NCBI GenBank assembly: GCA_963745175.1
Contig: CAVUWK010000006.1
Location: 143,513 to 207,512 of the forward strand
Length of the DNA: 64,000 nt
Source of the DNA: an uncultured Acidimicrobiaceae bacterium
GTDB taxonomy: Bacteria > Actinomycetota > Acidimicrobiia > Acidimicrobiales > RAAP-2
Direction of reading: 5' to 3'
The translations under genes were made by a program, and so were the position numbers. Below the pieces are notes generated by a model. The model had not been told where the DNA came from, made no database searches, and was given only the letters and a program-made list of their open reading frames with translations. The stretch's first letter is position 1; every line of letters begins with the position of its first letter. This document shows, piece after piece, positions 48,688-57,251 of the stretch.

Positions 48688-50203
48688 CCCCCCTGAGGGG
48701 GCGCGGGCCGCGCCCCCACGTAAGCCGAAAATCGGGGACACCCGGCCGGCGCCTGCGGCCCCGCCGGCCCCCAAGGCCTCGACGCCCGTCGTGCCGCTGG
48801 CGCGGCCTGAGGCCACCGCGCCGAAGGAGGGCGGAACCCGCGTGGTGGAGTCCACCGGGCCGTCCGGCGACGGCGCGGGCAAGCGGGCACGCAGCCGGCG
48901 CCGCTCGGGCCGCGAGCGGCGCTCCAAGCAGGTGGGCCGGTACCTGGTCTGCGTCCATGTGCAGCCGGACATGACCCAGATCGCCATGCTCGAGGGCCGC
49001 TCGCTGGTGGAGCACTACGTCTCCCGGTCGGCCGACGACACCAACCAGATCGACGGCAACGTCTACCGGGGCCGGGTCCAGAACGTCCTGCCCGGCATGG
49101 AGGCCGCCTTCATCGACATCGGCATCCCCAAGAACGCCGTCCTGTACCGGGGCGACGTGCGCTACGACCGGGAGGACGTCGAGGGCGGGGCGTCCCAACA
49201 GCCCCGCATCGAGGACGTGCTCAAGGCCGGCCAGACCATTCTGTGCCAGGTCACCAAGAACCCCATCGGGGCCAAGGGCGCCCGCCTGACCCAGGAGGTC
49301 TCGCTCCCGGGGCGCTTCGCCGTGCTCGTGCCCAATTCGAGCGCGTTCGGCATCTCCAAGCGCCTGGGCGACACCGAGCGCCGCCGGCTGCGCCGCATCA
49401 TCGACGAGGTGAAGCCGGCCGGCCACGGGATGATCGTGCGCACGGCGGCCGAAGGCGTCTCGGCCGAAGAGCTCCAGCGCGACGTGACGTCCCTCCTCGA
49501 GCAGTGGAACATCATCGAGGCCGAGGCCAAGAAGTCCGACGCCCCCGGTTTGCTGTACCGCGAGCCGGAGCTGTCCGTCCGGATCCTCCGCGAAGAGCTG
49601 AACCCCGAGTACCGGGGTGTGGTGATCGACGACCTGGCGCTCTTCGAGCAGGTGCGCGACTACGTGCGCGCCGTCAGCCCCGAGCTCTCCGACCGGGTCG
49701 AGTACTACGACCCCGAGGTCGAGGGCCTGCCCATCTTCGAGCGCTATCACGTGCACGAGCAGCTCCACAAGGCGCTCGACCGCAAGGTATGGCTGCCGTC
49801 GGGGGGCTCGCTGATCATCGAGCGCACCGAGGCGCTCACCGTGATCGACGTGAACACGGGCAAGAACGTGGGCAAGACCAACCTGGAGGAGACCGTCTTC
49901 CGCAACAATCTCGAAGCCGCCGAGGAGGTGGCCCGTCAGCTCCGCCTGCGTGACATCGGGGGCATCATCGTCATCGACTTCATCGACATGGAGATCCGGG
50001 AGAACCGGGACAAGGTCGCCGCGTCTCTGCGCAACACGCTGGCCCGGGACAAGACCCGCACCCAGGTCTTCGACATCTCCGAGCTGGGGCTGGTCGAGAT
50101 GACTCGCAAGCGGGTCTCGGAGGGCCTGCTCGAGACGCTCTCGACCGAGTGCGCCATCTGCGGCGGCCGGGGCGTGACCCTGGACGACTCGGTCCTGCGC
50201 TAG
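48611..50203 (+). CDS. rne: ribonuclease E/G family endoribonuclease
   Basis: GAGGAGG lies 10 nt upstream of ATG 48611. Arg/Pro-rich disordered N-terminus, S1 domain GNVYRGRVQNVLPGMEAAFIDIG, LTVIDVNTGK, IIVIDFIDM, CxxC near the C-terminus. Confidence 0.9.
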   Translation: MSEMEISQSPEGRPPEPPPGGSGSSSPPEGARAAPPRKPKIGDTRPAPAAPPAPKASTPVVPLARPEATAPKEGGTRVVESTGPSGDGAGKRARSRRRSGRERRSKQVGRYLVCVHVQPDMTQIAMLEGRSLVEHYVSRSADDTNQIDGNVYRGRVQNVLPGMEAAFIDIGIPKNAVLYRGDVRYDREDVEGGASQQPRIEDVLKAGQTILCQVTKNPIGAKGARLTQEVSLPGRFAVLVPNSSAFGISKRLGDTERRRLRRIIDEVKPAGHGMIVRTAAEGVSAEELQRDVTSLLEQWNIIEAEAKKSDAPGLLYREPELSVRILREELNPEYRGVVIDDLALFEQVRDYVRAVSPELSDRVEYYDPEVEGLPIFERYHVHEQLHKALDRKVWLPSGGSLIIERTEALTVIDVNTGKNVGKTNLEETVFRNNLEAAEEVARQLRLRDIGGIIVIDFIDMEIRENRDKVAASLRNTLARDKTRTQVFDISELGLVEMTRKRVSEGLLETLSTECAICGGRGVTLDDSVLR

Positions 50204-50215
50204 GATCTCGCCCTT

Positions 50216-50530
50216 ATGTATGCCGTCATCAGGTCCGGAGGGAAGCAGGAGCGCGTCGCCGAGGGCCAGCGCGTCCGCGTCGAGTTGCTGGGTCAGCCCG
50301 TCGGCGCCGAGGTGTCCCTCGAGCCCGTCCTGGTGGTCGACGGCTCGACCGTGCTGGCCACGCCCGAGCAGCTGTCCGGCGCCACCGTCAAGGCCAAGGT
50401 CGTCGGCGAGGAGAAGGGCCCCAAGATCAACGCCATGACCTACAAGAACAAGTCGAACCAGCGCCGCCGGTGGGGCCACCGCCAGCACTACGCCACGCTG
50501 GAGATCACCGCCATCACGGCGGCAGGCTAG
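50216..50530 (+). CDS. rplU: 50S ribosomal protein L21
   Basis: MYAVIRSGGKQERVAEGQ... Confidence 0.97.
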   Translation: MYAVIRSGGKQERVAEGQRVRVELLGQPVGAEVSLEPVLVVDGSTVLATPEQLSGATVKAKVVGEEKGPKINAMTYKNKSNQRRRWGHRQHYATLEITAITAAG

Positions 50531-50539
50531 GAGTCCGAC

Positions 50540-50791
50540 ATGTCGAAGACCAAGGGCGGCGGGTCGACCCGCAACGGACGTGACTCGAACGCACAGCGCC
50601 TCGGCGTGAAGTGCTTCGACGGCACGGCGGTCACCGCCGGATCCATCATCGTGCGCCAGCGGGGGACGAAGGTCTATCCCGGCTCGAACGTGGGGCGAGG
50701 TGGCGACGACACGCTCTTCGCCACCGCGGACGGCGTCGTGAAGTTCGGCGAGCGGCGCGGCCGCAAGCAGGTCAGCGTCCTCACGAGCTAG
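50540..50791 (+). CDS. rpmA: 50S ribosomal protein L27
   Basis: [24 protein letters not shown]... Confidence 0.97.
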   Translation: MSKTKGGGSTRNGRDSNAQRLGVKCFDGTAVTAGSIIVRQRGTKVYPGSNVGRGGDDTLFATADGVVKFGERRGRKQVSVLTS

Positions 50792-50813
50792 ACGAGGTCC
50801 ACGCGGCCCGTCC

Positions 50814-51188
50814 TCAGGCGGGACGCTGGTGCAGCTCGATCCCGTTGCCCCAGGGGTCGGCCGTGAACGCCTGCCGGCGACCAGTCGTCCCCACCGCGAC
50901 CGGGTCGCTCACCTGGAGTCCCCGGGTCCGCAACTCTGCAACCACGGCCTCCAGGTCGTGGAAGGCCAGGGCATAGTGCTGGCCGACGTTGTTGGGCACC
51001 GCGGCCTCAATCAGGTGGATCTGCTGCCCGTTGGTGGTGTCCAGCCAGGCCCCGGCGAAGCCGAAGTCCGGGCGGGTGAAGTTCTGCACCAGTCCGATCT
51101 TGTCGGTGTAGAACTCGATCGCGTCCGGAACGTCACCGACGTTGATGGCGACATGGTCCACGCCGATGGGCGTCACGGGGTCGGTCAC
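50814..51188 (-). CDS. VOC (glyoxalase/bleomycin resistance/dioxygenase) family protein
   Basis: 124 aa: GVDHVAINVGDVPDAIEFY...HYALAFHDL...DPWGNGIEL. Confidence 0.8.
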   Translation of the reverse strand: MTDPVTPIGVDHVAINVGDVPDAIEFYTDKIGLVQNFTRPDFGFAGAWLDTTNGQQIHLIEAAVPNNVGQHYALAFHDLEAVVAELRTRGLQVSDPVAVGTTGRRQAFTADPWGNGIELHQRPA

Positions 51189-51997
51189 GCCAGCAAGCCT
51201 ACGACGTGGCGGACGACGGCGGCCACGTCCGGCGCCGCGGCGGTGCCGATGTCGGAGATGGCGGCCACGTCGATGGTGGCGTCGGACGCGGCGGCCGGGT
51301 TGGTGACCAGGGCCAGCCCCAGAACGGCCGCCCCGGCCTGGCGGGCGGCGATCGTCTCGAGGGCCATGGACATTCCGACCACGTCGGCGCCGGCGGTGCG
51401 CAGCATCCGGATCTCGGCCGGCGTCTCGAGCTGGGGGCCCGGCACCTGGGCGTAGACACCGGGCCGGGCGGCCAGCACCGAGGCGGCGGGCTCCGGCGCC
51501 GAGAAGGCCAAGGCACGCAGCGTCGGTGCGTAAGCGTCGGTCATGTCGACGAAGTCCGGGCCGACAATGGGGCTGCGGCCGGTCAGGTTGAGGTGGTCCT
51601 CGACGACCATGAGGGACCCGGTGGCGAGATCGTCACGGATGCCGCCGGCCGCAGCGGTGAGGATCACGGTGGTGCAACCGAGGGCGACGCCCGTGCGCAG
51701 GGGGTGGACCACCTCCACGGGTGTCAGCCCTTCGTAAAGATGGCAGCGCCCGCCCAGGACGAGGATCCGGAGCCCGTCGTGGGAGGCCGACCAGGCGTGG
51801 GCCCGGTGACCGTCGGCCGTGTAGGGCGGGAAGAAGGGGAGGGTGTCGAGGGGGACCGGATCCTCGTCCCCACCAAGGGCTTCGGCGGTCCCCGAGAGTC
51901 CGCTGCCGAGGAGCACGAGCACGTCGTGGTGCTCGGTCCCGAGCCGGCGGGCCAGTTCCCGGGCGCTCTGCGCTGCCCGGACGGCGGCATCCTCCAT
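51185..51997 (-). CDS. punA: purine nucleoside phosphorylase (PNP/MTAP family)
   Basis: VLVLLGSGLSG...ILVLGGRCHLYEG...VGMSMALETIAAR. ATG at MEDAAV. Confidence 0.8.
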   Translation of the reverse strand: MEDAAVRAAQSARELARRLGTEHHDVLVLLGSGLSGTAEALGGDEDPVPLDTLPFFPPYTADGHRAHAWSASHDGLRILVLGGRCHLYEGLTPVEVVHPLRTGVALGCTTVILTAAAGGIRDDLATGSLMVVEDHLNLTGRSPIVGPDFVDMTDAYAPTLRALAFSAPEPAASVLAARPGVYAQVPGPQLETPAEIRMLRTAGADVVGMSMALETIAARQAGAAVLGLALVTNPAAASDATIDVAAISDIGTAAAPDVAAVVRHVVGLLA

Positions 51998-52048
51998 GGG
52001 GCGATGGTAGGGGGTGATCCGCCTCCAGCCACGTAACATCGACCGGAC

Positions 52049-53983
52049 ATGCCCTTTTCTCCCACCTCTCCCGCCCCGCACCCCTTGGCACCCGTCAACG
52101 GGGCCGAGATCATCGCCGCCCGCGAGATCGTCTTCGCCAGCGGCCGATCGGCGGTGCCCGCCGAGGCGCTGCGCTTCGCCTATGTCGGCCTGTGCGACCC
52201 CCCCAAGGAGCTAGTGCGCGCCGTCGACGCGGGGGAGGAGGCGGCGGTCGACCGCCGGCTTCGCCTCGTCCTCCTGGAGGGCCCCGAGGCCGACGTGGTC
52301 GAGGCCGTCGTCTCGGTCACCCGCGGCGAGGTGGACCGCTGGGAGGTGGTGCGCGACGTCCGCCCACCGCTCCAGATGGAGGAGTCGATCATGGTGCTGG
52401 CGGCGTTGCACGAGAACCCGGAATGGAACGCCGCGCTCGATCGGCGCGGTGTCGTCGACCGTTCGCTGGTGCAGATCGACCCCTGGCCCGCCGGCACGTT
52501 CGGCCTGGGCCACGAGGAGGGCCGCCGGATCACCCGCTGCCTGGCCTATCTGCGCGAGTCCAAGGACGACAACGGCTACGCCCGGCCACTCGAGGGCCTG
52601 TTGGCCTTCGTCGACATGGGTCGGGGCGAGGTGCTCGAGGTGCTCGACACGGGGGTCGTGCCCATCCCCCCCAAGCACGGGAGCTACTACCCCGAGGACA
52701 ACGGGCCCCTGCGCACGGACCTGAAGCCGTTGGAGATCACCCAGCCCGAAGGCCCGAGCTTCGAGGTGGAGGGCAACCTCGTGCGCTGGCAGAAGTGGTC
52801 GATGCGGATCGGCATGGATCCGCTGGAGGGCCTCGTGCTGTGGACGGTCGGCTACGAGGACGGTGGCCGGGTCCGTCCCATCGTGTACCGGGCCTCGGTC
52901 AGCGAGATGGTCGTCCCCTACGGGCACCCGGGGCCGATGCACGCCTGGAAGAGCGCGTTCGACGCCGGCGAATGGGGCCTGGGTCGCATGGCCAACTCGC
53001 TCACCGTCGGCTGCGACTGCCTCGGCGAGATCCGGTACTTCGACGACGTCTTCGCCGACGAGCGTGGCAAGCCGCGCACGCGCCCCAAGGCCATCTGCAT
53101 GCACGAGGAGGACTACGGCATCCTCTGGAAGCACGTCGACATGGTGTCGGGGCGCACAGAGGTCCGTCGGTCGCGCCGGCTGGTGGTCAGCTCCATCGCC
53201 ACGGTGGGGAACTACGAGTACGGGTTCTACTGGTACTTCTACCTCGACGGCACCATGCAGCTCGAGGTCAAGCTGTCGGGGATCATGTCGACGATGGCGG
53301 TGGCCGACGACGAGGCGGGCGACCACGCCAGCATGATCGCCCCCGGCCTCGCCGCGCCGTATCACCAGCATCTCTTCAACGTGCGGCTCGACATGGAGGT
53401 CGACGGCCCCGACAACGCGGTCTACGAGGTCGATGCCCTGCGCACGGGCGCGCCGGGCAGCGCCGAGAATCCCTGGGGGAACGCCTTCGGCACCACGGCA
53501 ACGCTGTTGGAAAGCGAACTGGTCGCCCGGCGCGATGTCGATCCGGCGCGCAGCCGCACCTGGCGCATCGCCAACCGTTCCTGCCGCAACGGCGTCGGGG
53601 AGCCGACCGCCTACAAGCTGCTGCCGGGCTCCACGCCCACGCTGCTGGCCGATCCCACATCCAGCGTCGGGCGCCGCGCGGCCTTCGCGTCGCACAACCT
53701 GTGGGTCACGCCCTTCGACCCCGAAGAACGGCGGGCTGCGGGCGACTACCCGAACCAGCACGCCGGCGGGGCCGGCCTGCCGGCCTGGACGGCGGAGGAC
53801 CGCCCGCTCGTCGACACCGACCTCGTGCTGTGGCACTCGTTCGGCGTCACCCACATCCCCCGGCCGGAGGATTGGCCCGTCATGCCGGTCGAGTACACCG
53901 GGTTCACGCTGATCCCGTTCGGGTTCTTCGATCGCAACCCCGCGCTCGACGTGCCGCCCTCGCCCGACCACTGCGATGACTGA
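52049..53983 (+). CDS. copper-containing primary amine oxidase (TPQ enzyme), no signal peptide seen
   Basis: 644 aa: TPQ consensus TVGNYEYGFYWYF, Cu ligands YHQHLF and WHSFGVTHIPRPEDWP. Confidence 0.9.
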   Translation: MPFSPTSPAPHPLAPVNGAEIIAAREIVFASGRSAVPAEALRFAYVGLCDPPKELVRAVDAGEEAAVDRRLRLVLLEGPEADVVEAVVSVTRGEVDRWEVVRDVRPPLQMEESIMVLAALHENPEWNAALDRRGVVDRSLVQIDPWPAGTFGLGHEEGRRITRCLAYLRESKDDNGYARPLEGLLAFVDMGRGEVLEVLDTGVVPIPPKHGSYYPEDNGPLRTDLKPLEITQPEGPSFEVEGNLVRWQKWSMRIGMDPLEGLVLWTVGYEDGGRVRPIVYRASVSEMVVPYGHPGPMHAWKSAFDAGEWGLGRMANSLTVGCDCLGEIRYFDDVFADERGKPRTRPKAICMHEEDYGILWKHVDMVSGRTEVRRSRRLVVSSIATVGNYEYGFYWYFYLDGTMQLEVKLSGIMSTMAVADDEAGDHASMIAPGLAAPYHQHLFNVRLDMEVDGPDNAVYEVDALRTGAPGSAENPWGNAFGTTATLLESELVARRDVDPARSRTWRIANRSCRNGVGEPTAYKLLPGSTPTLLADPTSSVGRRAAFASHNLWVTPFDPEERRAAGDYPNQHAGGAGLPAWTAEDRPLVDTDLVLWHSFGVTHIPRPEDWPVMPVEYTGFTLIPFGFFDRNPALDVPPSPDHCDD

Positions 53984-54674
53984 GCGCCGCGCCGCGGCCC
54001 GCCAACCGCAGGAGTACCACCCGCCCGTCGAGGAGTACCTCGAGACCATGCTGTCGCTGGCCGAAGAGGGCGTGCCTGTGATCCAGGCTCGCATCGCGGA
54101 GCGGCTGGGCCGCTCCGCTCCGTCGGTGTCCGAGATGCTCGACCGGCTCCGGGAGGACGGGTACGTGACGCGGGAGGGCCGGCTGCTGTCGCTGACCGAG
54201 AGCGGGCAGGCGCTGGCCGAGAAGGTCGTGCGCAAGCACCGGCTGGCCGAGCGCCTCCTGGTCGACGTCATCGGGCTCGAGTGGCACAAGGTGCACCGCG
54301 AGGCGGGCCGCTGGGAGCACGTGATCTCCGACGATGTCGAGGCCCGCCTGGTGGAGTTGCTGGGCGACCCCGCCACCTGCCCGCATGGCAACCCGATCCC
54401 GGGGTCGCATTCCCCGGCGCCGGCGGTCACGGTGCGACCGCTGGCCGATGTGGACGCCGGCGAGCGGGTGCGGCTCTTCCGTATCAGCGAGGAGGTGGAG
54501 CTGAACCTGGGCTCGCTCACCCTGCTCGACGAGGGCGGCTTCATCCCGGGCGTCGTCGCCCGGGTGGCCGGCCGCGATCGCGAGGGCAACGTGGAGGTGA
54601 CGGTCGAAGGTGGCGCCGGGTCCATCCGTGTCTCGCGCGATCTCTCCGACCGGCTGTACGTCGGGGCCCCGTGA
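53976..54674 (+). CDS. DtxR/IdeR/MntR-family metal-dependent transcriptional regulator with an SH3-like (FeoA) C-terminal domain
   Basis: EEYLETMLSLAEEGVPVIQARIAERLGRSAPSVSEMLDRL...RKHRLAERLLVDVIGLEWHKVHREAGRWEHVISDDV. It overlaps the amine oxidase stop by 8 nt. Confidence 0.88.
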   Translation: MTERRAAARQPQEYHPPVEEYLETMLSLAEEGVPVIQARIAERLGRSAPSVSEMLDRLREDGYVTREGRLLSLTESGQALAEKVVRKHRLAERLLVDVIGLEWHKVHREAGRWEHVISDDVEARLVELLGDPATCPHGNPIPGSHSPAPAVTVRPLADVDAGERVRLFRISEEVELNLGSLTLLDEGGFIPGVVARVAGRDREGNVEVTVEGGAGSIRVSRDLSDRLYVGAP

Positions 54675-55977
54675 CCCTGCGGCTGGAGGCCGATGCCGTC
54701 TTCACCGTCGACGCCGACGACAGGGTGCTGGCGCCGGGCGCGGTCGAGATCGACGACGGCCGCATTTCCTGGGTCGGGGACCCGTGGCAGGTCCCGGCCG
54801 CGTCGGGGACCGTGGTGCGCCGGTTGGGGGGCCTGCTCATGCCGGGCCTGGTCAACTGCCACGGACACTCGCCCATGACGCTCCTGCGCAGTGCGGGCGA
54901 CGGACTGCCGCTGGATCGCTGGCTGAACGAATCCGTCTGGCCCCGCGAGGCGCACCTGACGGACGAGGACGTGTACTGGGGCATGCTGCTCGGCGCGGCC
55001 GAACTGCTGGGCAACGGGGTGACCACCACGTGTGAGCAGTACCGCCACCCGAACGCCGTGGTGGACGCCGTGCTCGACGCCGGCATCCGCGCCGTGTATA
55101 CCGCGGCCATCTTCGACGTGCCCGACGCCGGTCCCGGGAGCAGTTGGGAGGCGCTGCTGGCGGGAGCCTGCGCGGTGGCCGACGCCACGGCGGGGAAGGA
55201 CGAACGGCTCCAGGTGGGCTTCGGACCGCACGCGGCCTACACGGTCCCACCGGAAGCGCTGCGCGCCATCGCGGGTGAGGCGCGGCGCGCGACGCCCTGC
55301 TGCAGATCCATCTCTCCGAGACGGCGGCCGAGTGCAAGGTGGTGCAGGAGCGCTACGGCATGAGCGCACCGGCGCTGCTGGCGTCCGAGGGAGTCCTCGA
55401 GGGCCGGGTGCTGGCGGCGCACGCGGTGTGGCTGGACGAGGATGACCTGGCGCTGCTGGCCGGTCACGACGTGGCCGTGGCGCACTGTCCCGGTTCCAAC
55501 GGAAAGCTCGGCTCGGGCATCGCCCCGCTGCGGGCGCTGCTCGACCGCGGCGTCCGGGTCGGCCTGGGCACCGACGGCCCGGCCTCCAACGACGACCTGC
55601 ATCTGTGGGACGAGCTACGGCTGGCGCCGCTGCTCGCCCGGGCCGTCGCCGGCGACCCCGACGTCGTGAGCTCCGCGACGGCGCTTCGCCTGGCCACCCG
55701 CGGCGGCGGGGAGGCCCTCGGCCTCGCCGTGGGCGCGCTCGAGGTGGGCCGGCCGGCCGATCTCATCCGGCTGCGCACCGACGACGCCCGCTTCACCCCT
55801 GCGCTGAGCGACGCCGAGCTGCTGGGCCACCTCGTGTGGGCGGGGGCCGGGTATCTGGTGACCGATGTCTGGGTGGGCGGCGCGCCGGTCGTCGAGGAGG
55901 GTCGCTGCACCACCATCGACGGTGGGCGCGCCCGCGCCGAGGTGGGTCAGCGCGCCCGCCGATTGCTCGGCTCGTAG
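54671..55977 (+). pseudogene. amidohydrolase, MTA/SAH (MtaD)- or guanine-deaminase-like, frameshifted
   Basis: ...LLMPGLVNCHGHSPMT... is in frame 2. DALLQIHLSETAAECKVVQERYG...VAHCPGSNGKLGSG...GLGTDGPASND is in frame 1. An apparent 1-nt deletion lies near 55288-55292. GTGA overlap with the dtxR-like stop. Confidence 0.75.
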
Positions 55978-55988
55978 GCTTTCGCGCC

Positions 55989-57251
55989 ATGCCCGGCTTT
56001 GTCGACCAGGCCCAGCTGCACGCGCGCGCCGGGGACGGGGGAGCCGGGGCGGTGTCGTGGCGTCGGGAGGCCCACGTGGACCGCGGCGGGCCCGACGGCG
56101 GAGACGGCGGCCACGGCGGCGACGTCTGGCTCGTCGCCTCCGTGAACCAGGCCTCGCTGCTCGGCTTCCGGGACCACCCGTTCCGGCGGGCCACCGACGG
56201 GGTCCACGGCTCGGGCTCCAAGCGGCACGGCGCCCGGGGCAAGGATCTGGTGGTGCCGGTGCCGGTCGGCACCGTCGTGCGGGAACGCAGTGGCGCCGTG
56301 GTCTGCGACCTCGATGCGGAGGGCGCACGGTTCATGGTGGCCGAGGGCGGCCAGGGCGGCCGGGGCAATGCCCGCTTCCTCTCCAACCGCCGGCGCGCGC
56401 CGGCCTTCGCGGAACAAGGCGAGAAGGGGCAGGAGTTCTGGCTCGACATGGAGCTCAAGCTGATGGCCGACGTGGCGCTGGTCGGCTTTCCCAACGCCGG
56501 GAAGTCGACGTTGATCTCCACGGTGTCCGCGGCCAAGCCCAAGATCGCCGATTATCCCTTCACCACCCTCGAGCCGCATCTCGGCGTCGTCCGGGTCGGT
56601 GGCGTGCGCGACGGGACACAGTTCGTGATGGCCGACATCCCCGGCCTGGTGGAGGGCGCCGCGGAGGGCAAAGGGCTCGGGCACCAGTTCCTGCGCCACA
56701 TCGAGCGTGCCCGGGTGCTCGTCGTGCTCCTCGACCTCGGCGCGCCCGAGGCCGGCGGTGTGGCGCCCTCGGAGCAGCGACGCGTGCTGCTGTCCGAGCT
56801 GGGCTCGTACCGGCCCGAGCTCCTCGAGCGCCCGCGGATCGTGGTGGGCAGCAAGGGCGACATGGGTGCCGACGATGAAGGCGTCTGCGAGATGGTGCTC
56901 TCGGCGGCGTCCGGAGCCGGTGTGGGCGCGCTGGTGGAACGCCTCGGCCCGCTGGTGCAGGAGGCGCGGACGGAAGAGTCCGTCTCCGCCGCGAGCGAGA
57001 TCGTCGTGCACCGGCCCATCCCCGAAGGTGTCGCCGTGGAGCGCGCCGGCACGGGTGCCTGGGTCGTCCACGGGCGCGCGGCCGAGCGGGCCGTCGCCTT
57101 GTCCGACCTCAACGACGCAGGTGCGCAGTCCGAGGTGGTGCGGCGGCTGCGGCGCCTCGGCGTCGACCGCGCCCTGGCGCGGGCCGGTGCCCGCGACGGA
57201 GACGACGTCACGGTCGGCGCCATGACGTTCACCTGGGGCGACGAGGAGTGA
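55989..57251 (+). CDS. obg: GTPase Obg/CgtA
   Basis: MPGFVDQAQLHARAGDGGAGAVSWRRE...GGDGGHGGDV...VGFPNAGKST... Confidence 0.95.
   Translation: MPGFVDQAQLHARAGDGGAGAVSWRREAHVDRGGPDGGDGGHGGDVWLVASVNQASLLGFRDHPFRRATDGVHGSGSKRHGARGKDLVVPVPVGTVVRERSGAVVCDLDAEGARFMVAEGGQGGRGNARFLSNRRRAPAFAEQGEKGQEFWLDMELKLMADVALVGFPNAGKSTLISTVSAAKPKIADYPFTTLEPHLGVVRVGGVRDGTQFVMADIPGLVEGAAEGKGLGHQFLRHIERARVLVVLLDLGAPEAGGVAPSEQRRVLLSELGSYRPELLERPRIVVGSKGDMGADDEGVCEMVLSAASGAGVGALVERLGPLVQEARTEESVSAASEIVVHRPIPEGVAVERAGTGAWVVHGRAAERAVALSDLNDAGAQSEVVRRLRRLGVDRALARAGARDGDDVTVGAMTFTWGDEE

Noticed and set aside
137-55292. Programmed ribosomal frameshifting as the explanation for the frame breaks
   Set aside because: The junctions share no slippery heptamer or downstream structure that I could see. 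They occur in unrelated gene families on both strands. Several sit at simple G/C runs or look like a single extra G.
52211-55369. Very long antisense or alternative-frame ORFs. Examples: 52211..55369 (-), 43399..45510 (-), 48548..50488 (-), 5959..7617 (-), 2446..4779 (-), 2583..4730 (+), 717..1913 (-), 11638..13638 (-), and the N-terminal halves of 9017..11932 (+) and 9149..11779 (-)
   Set aside because: Each lies opposite to, or out of frame with, a gene having clear family motifs. Their products are dominated by Arg/Gly/Pro/Ala, as expected for shadow ORFs in DNA of about 70% GC where stop codons are rare.
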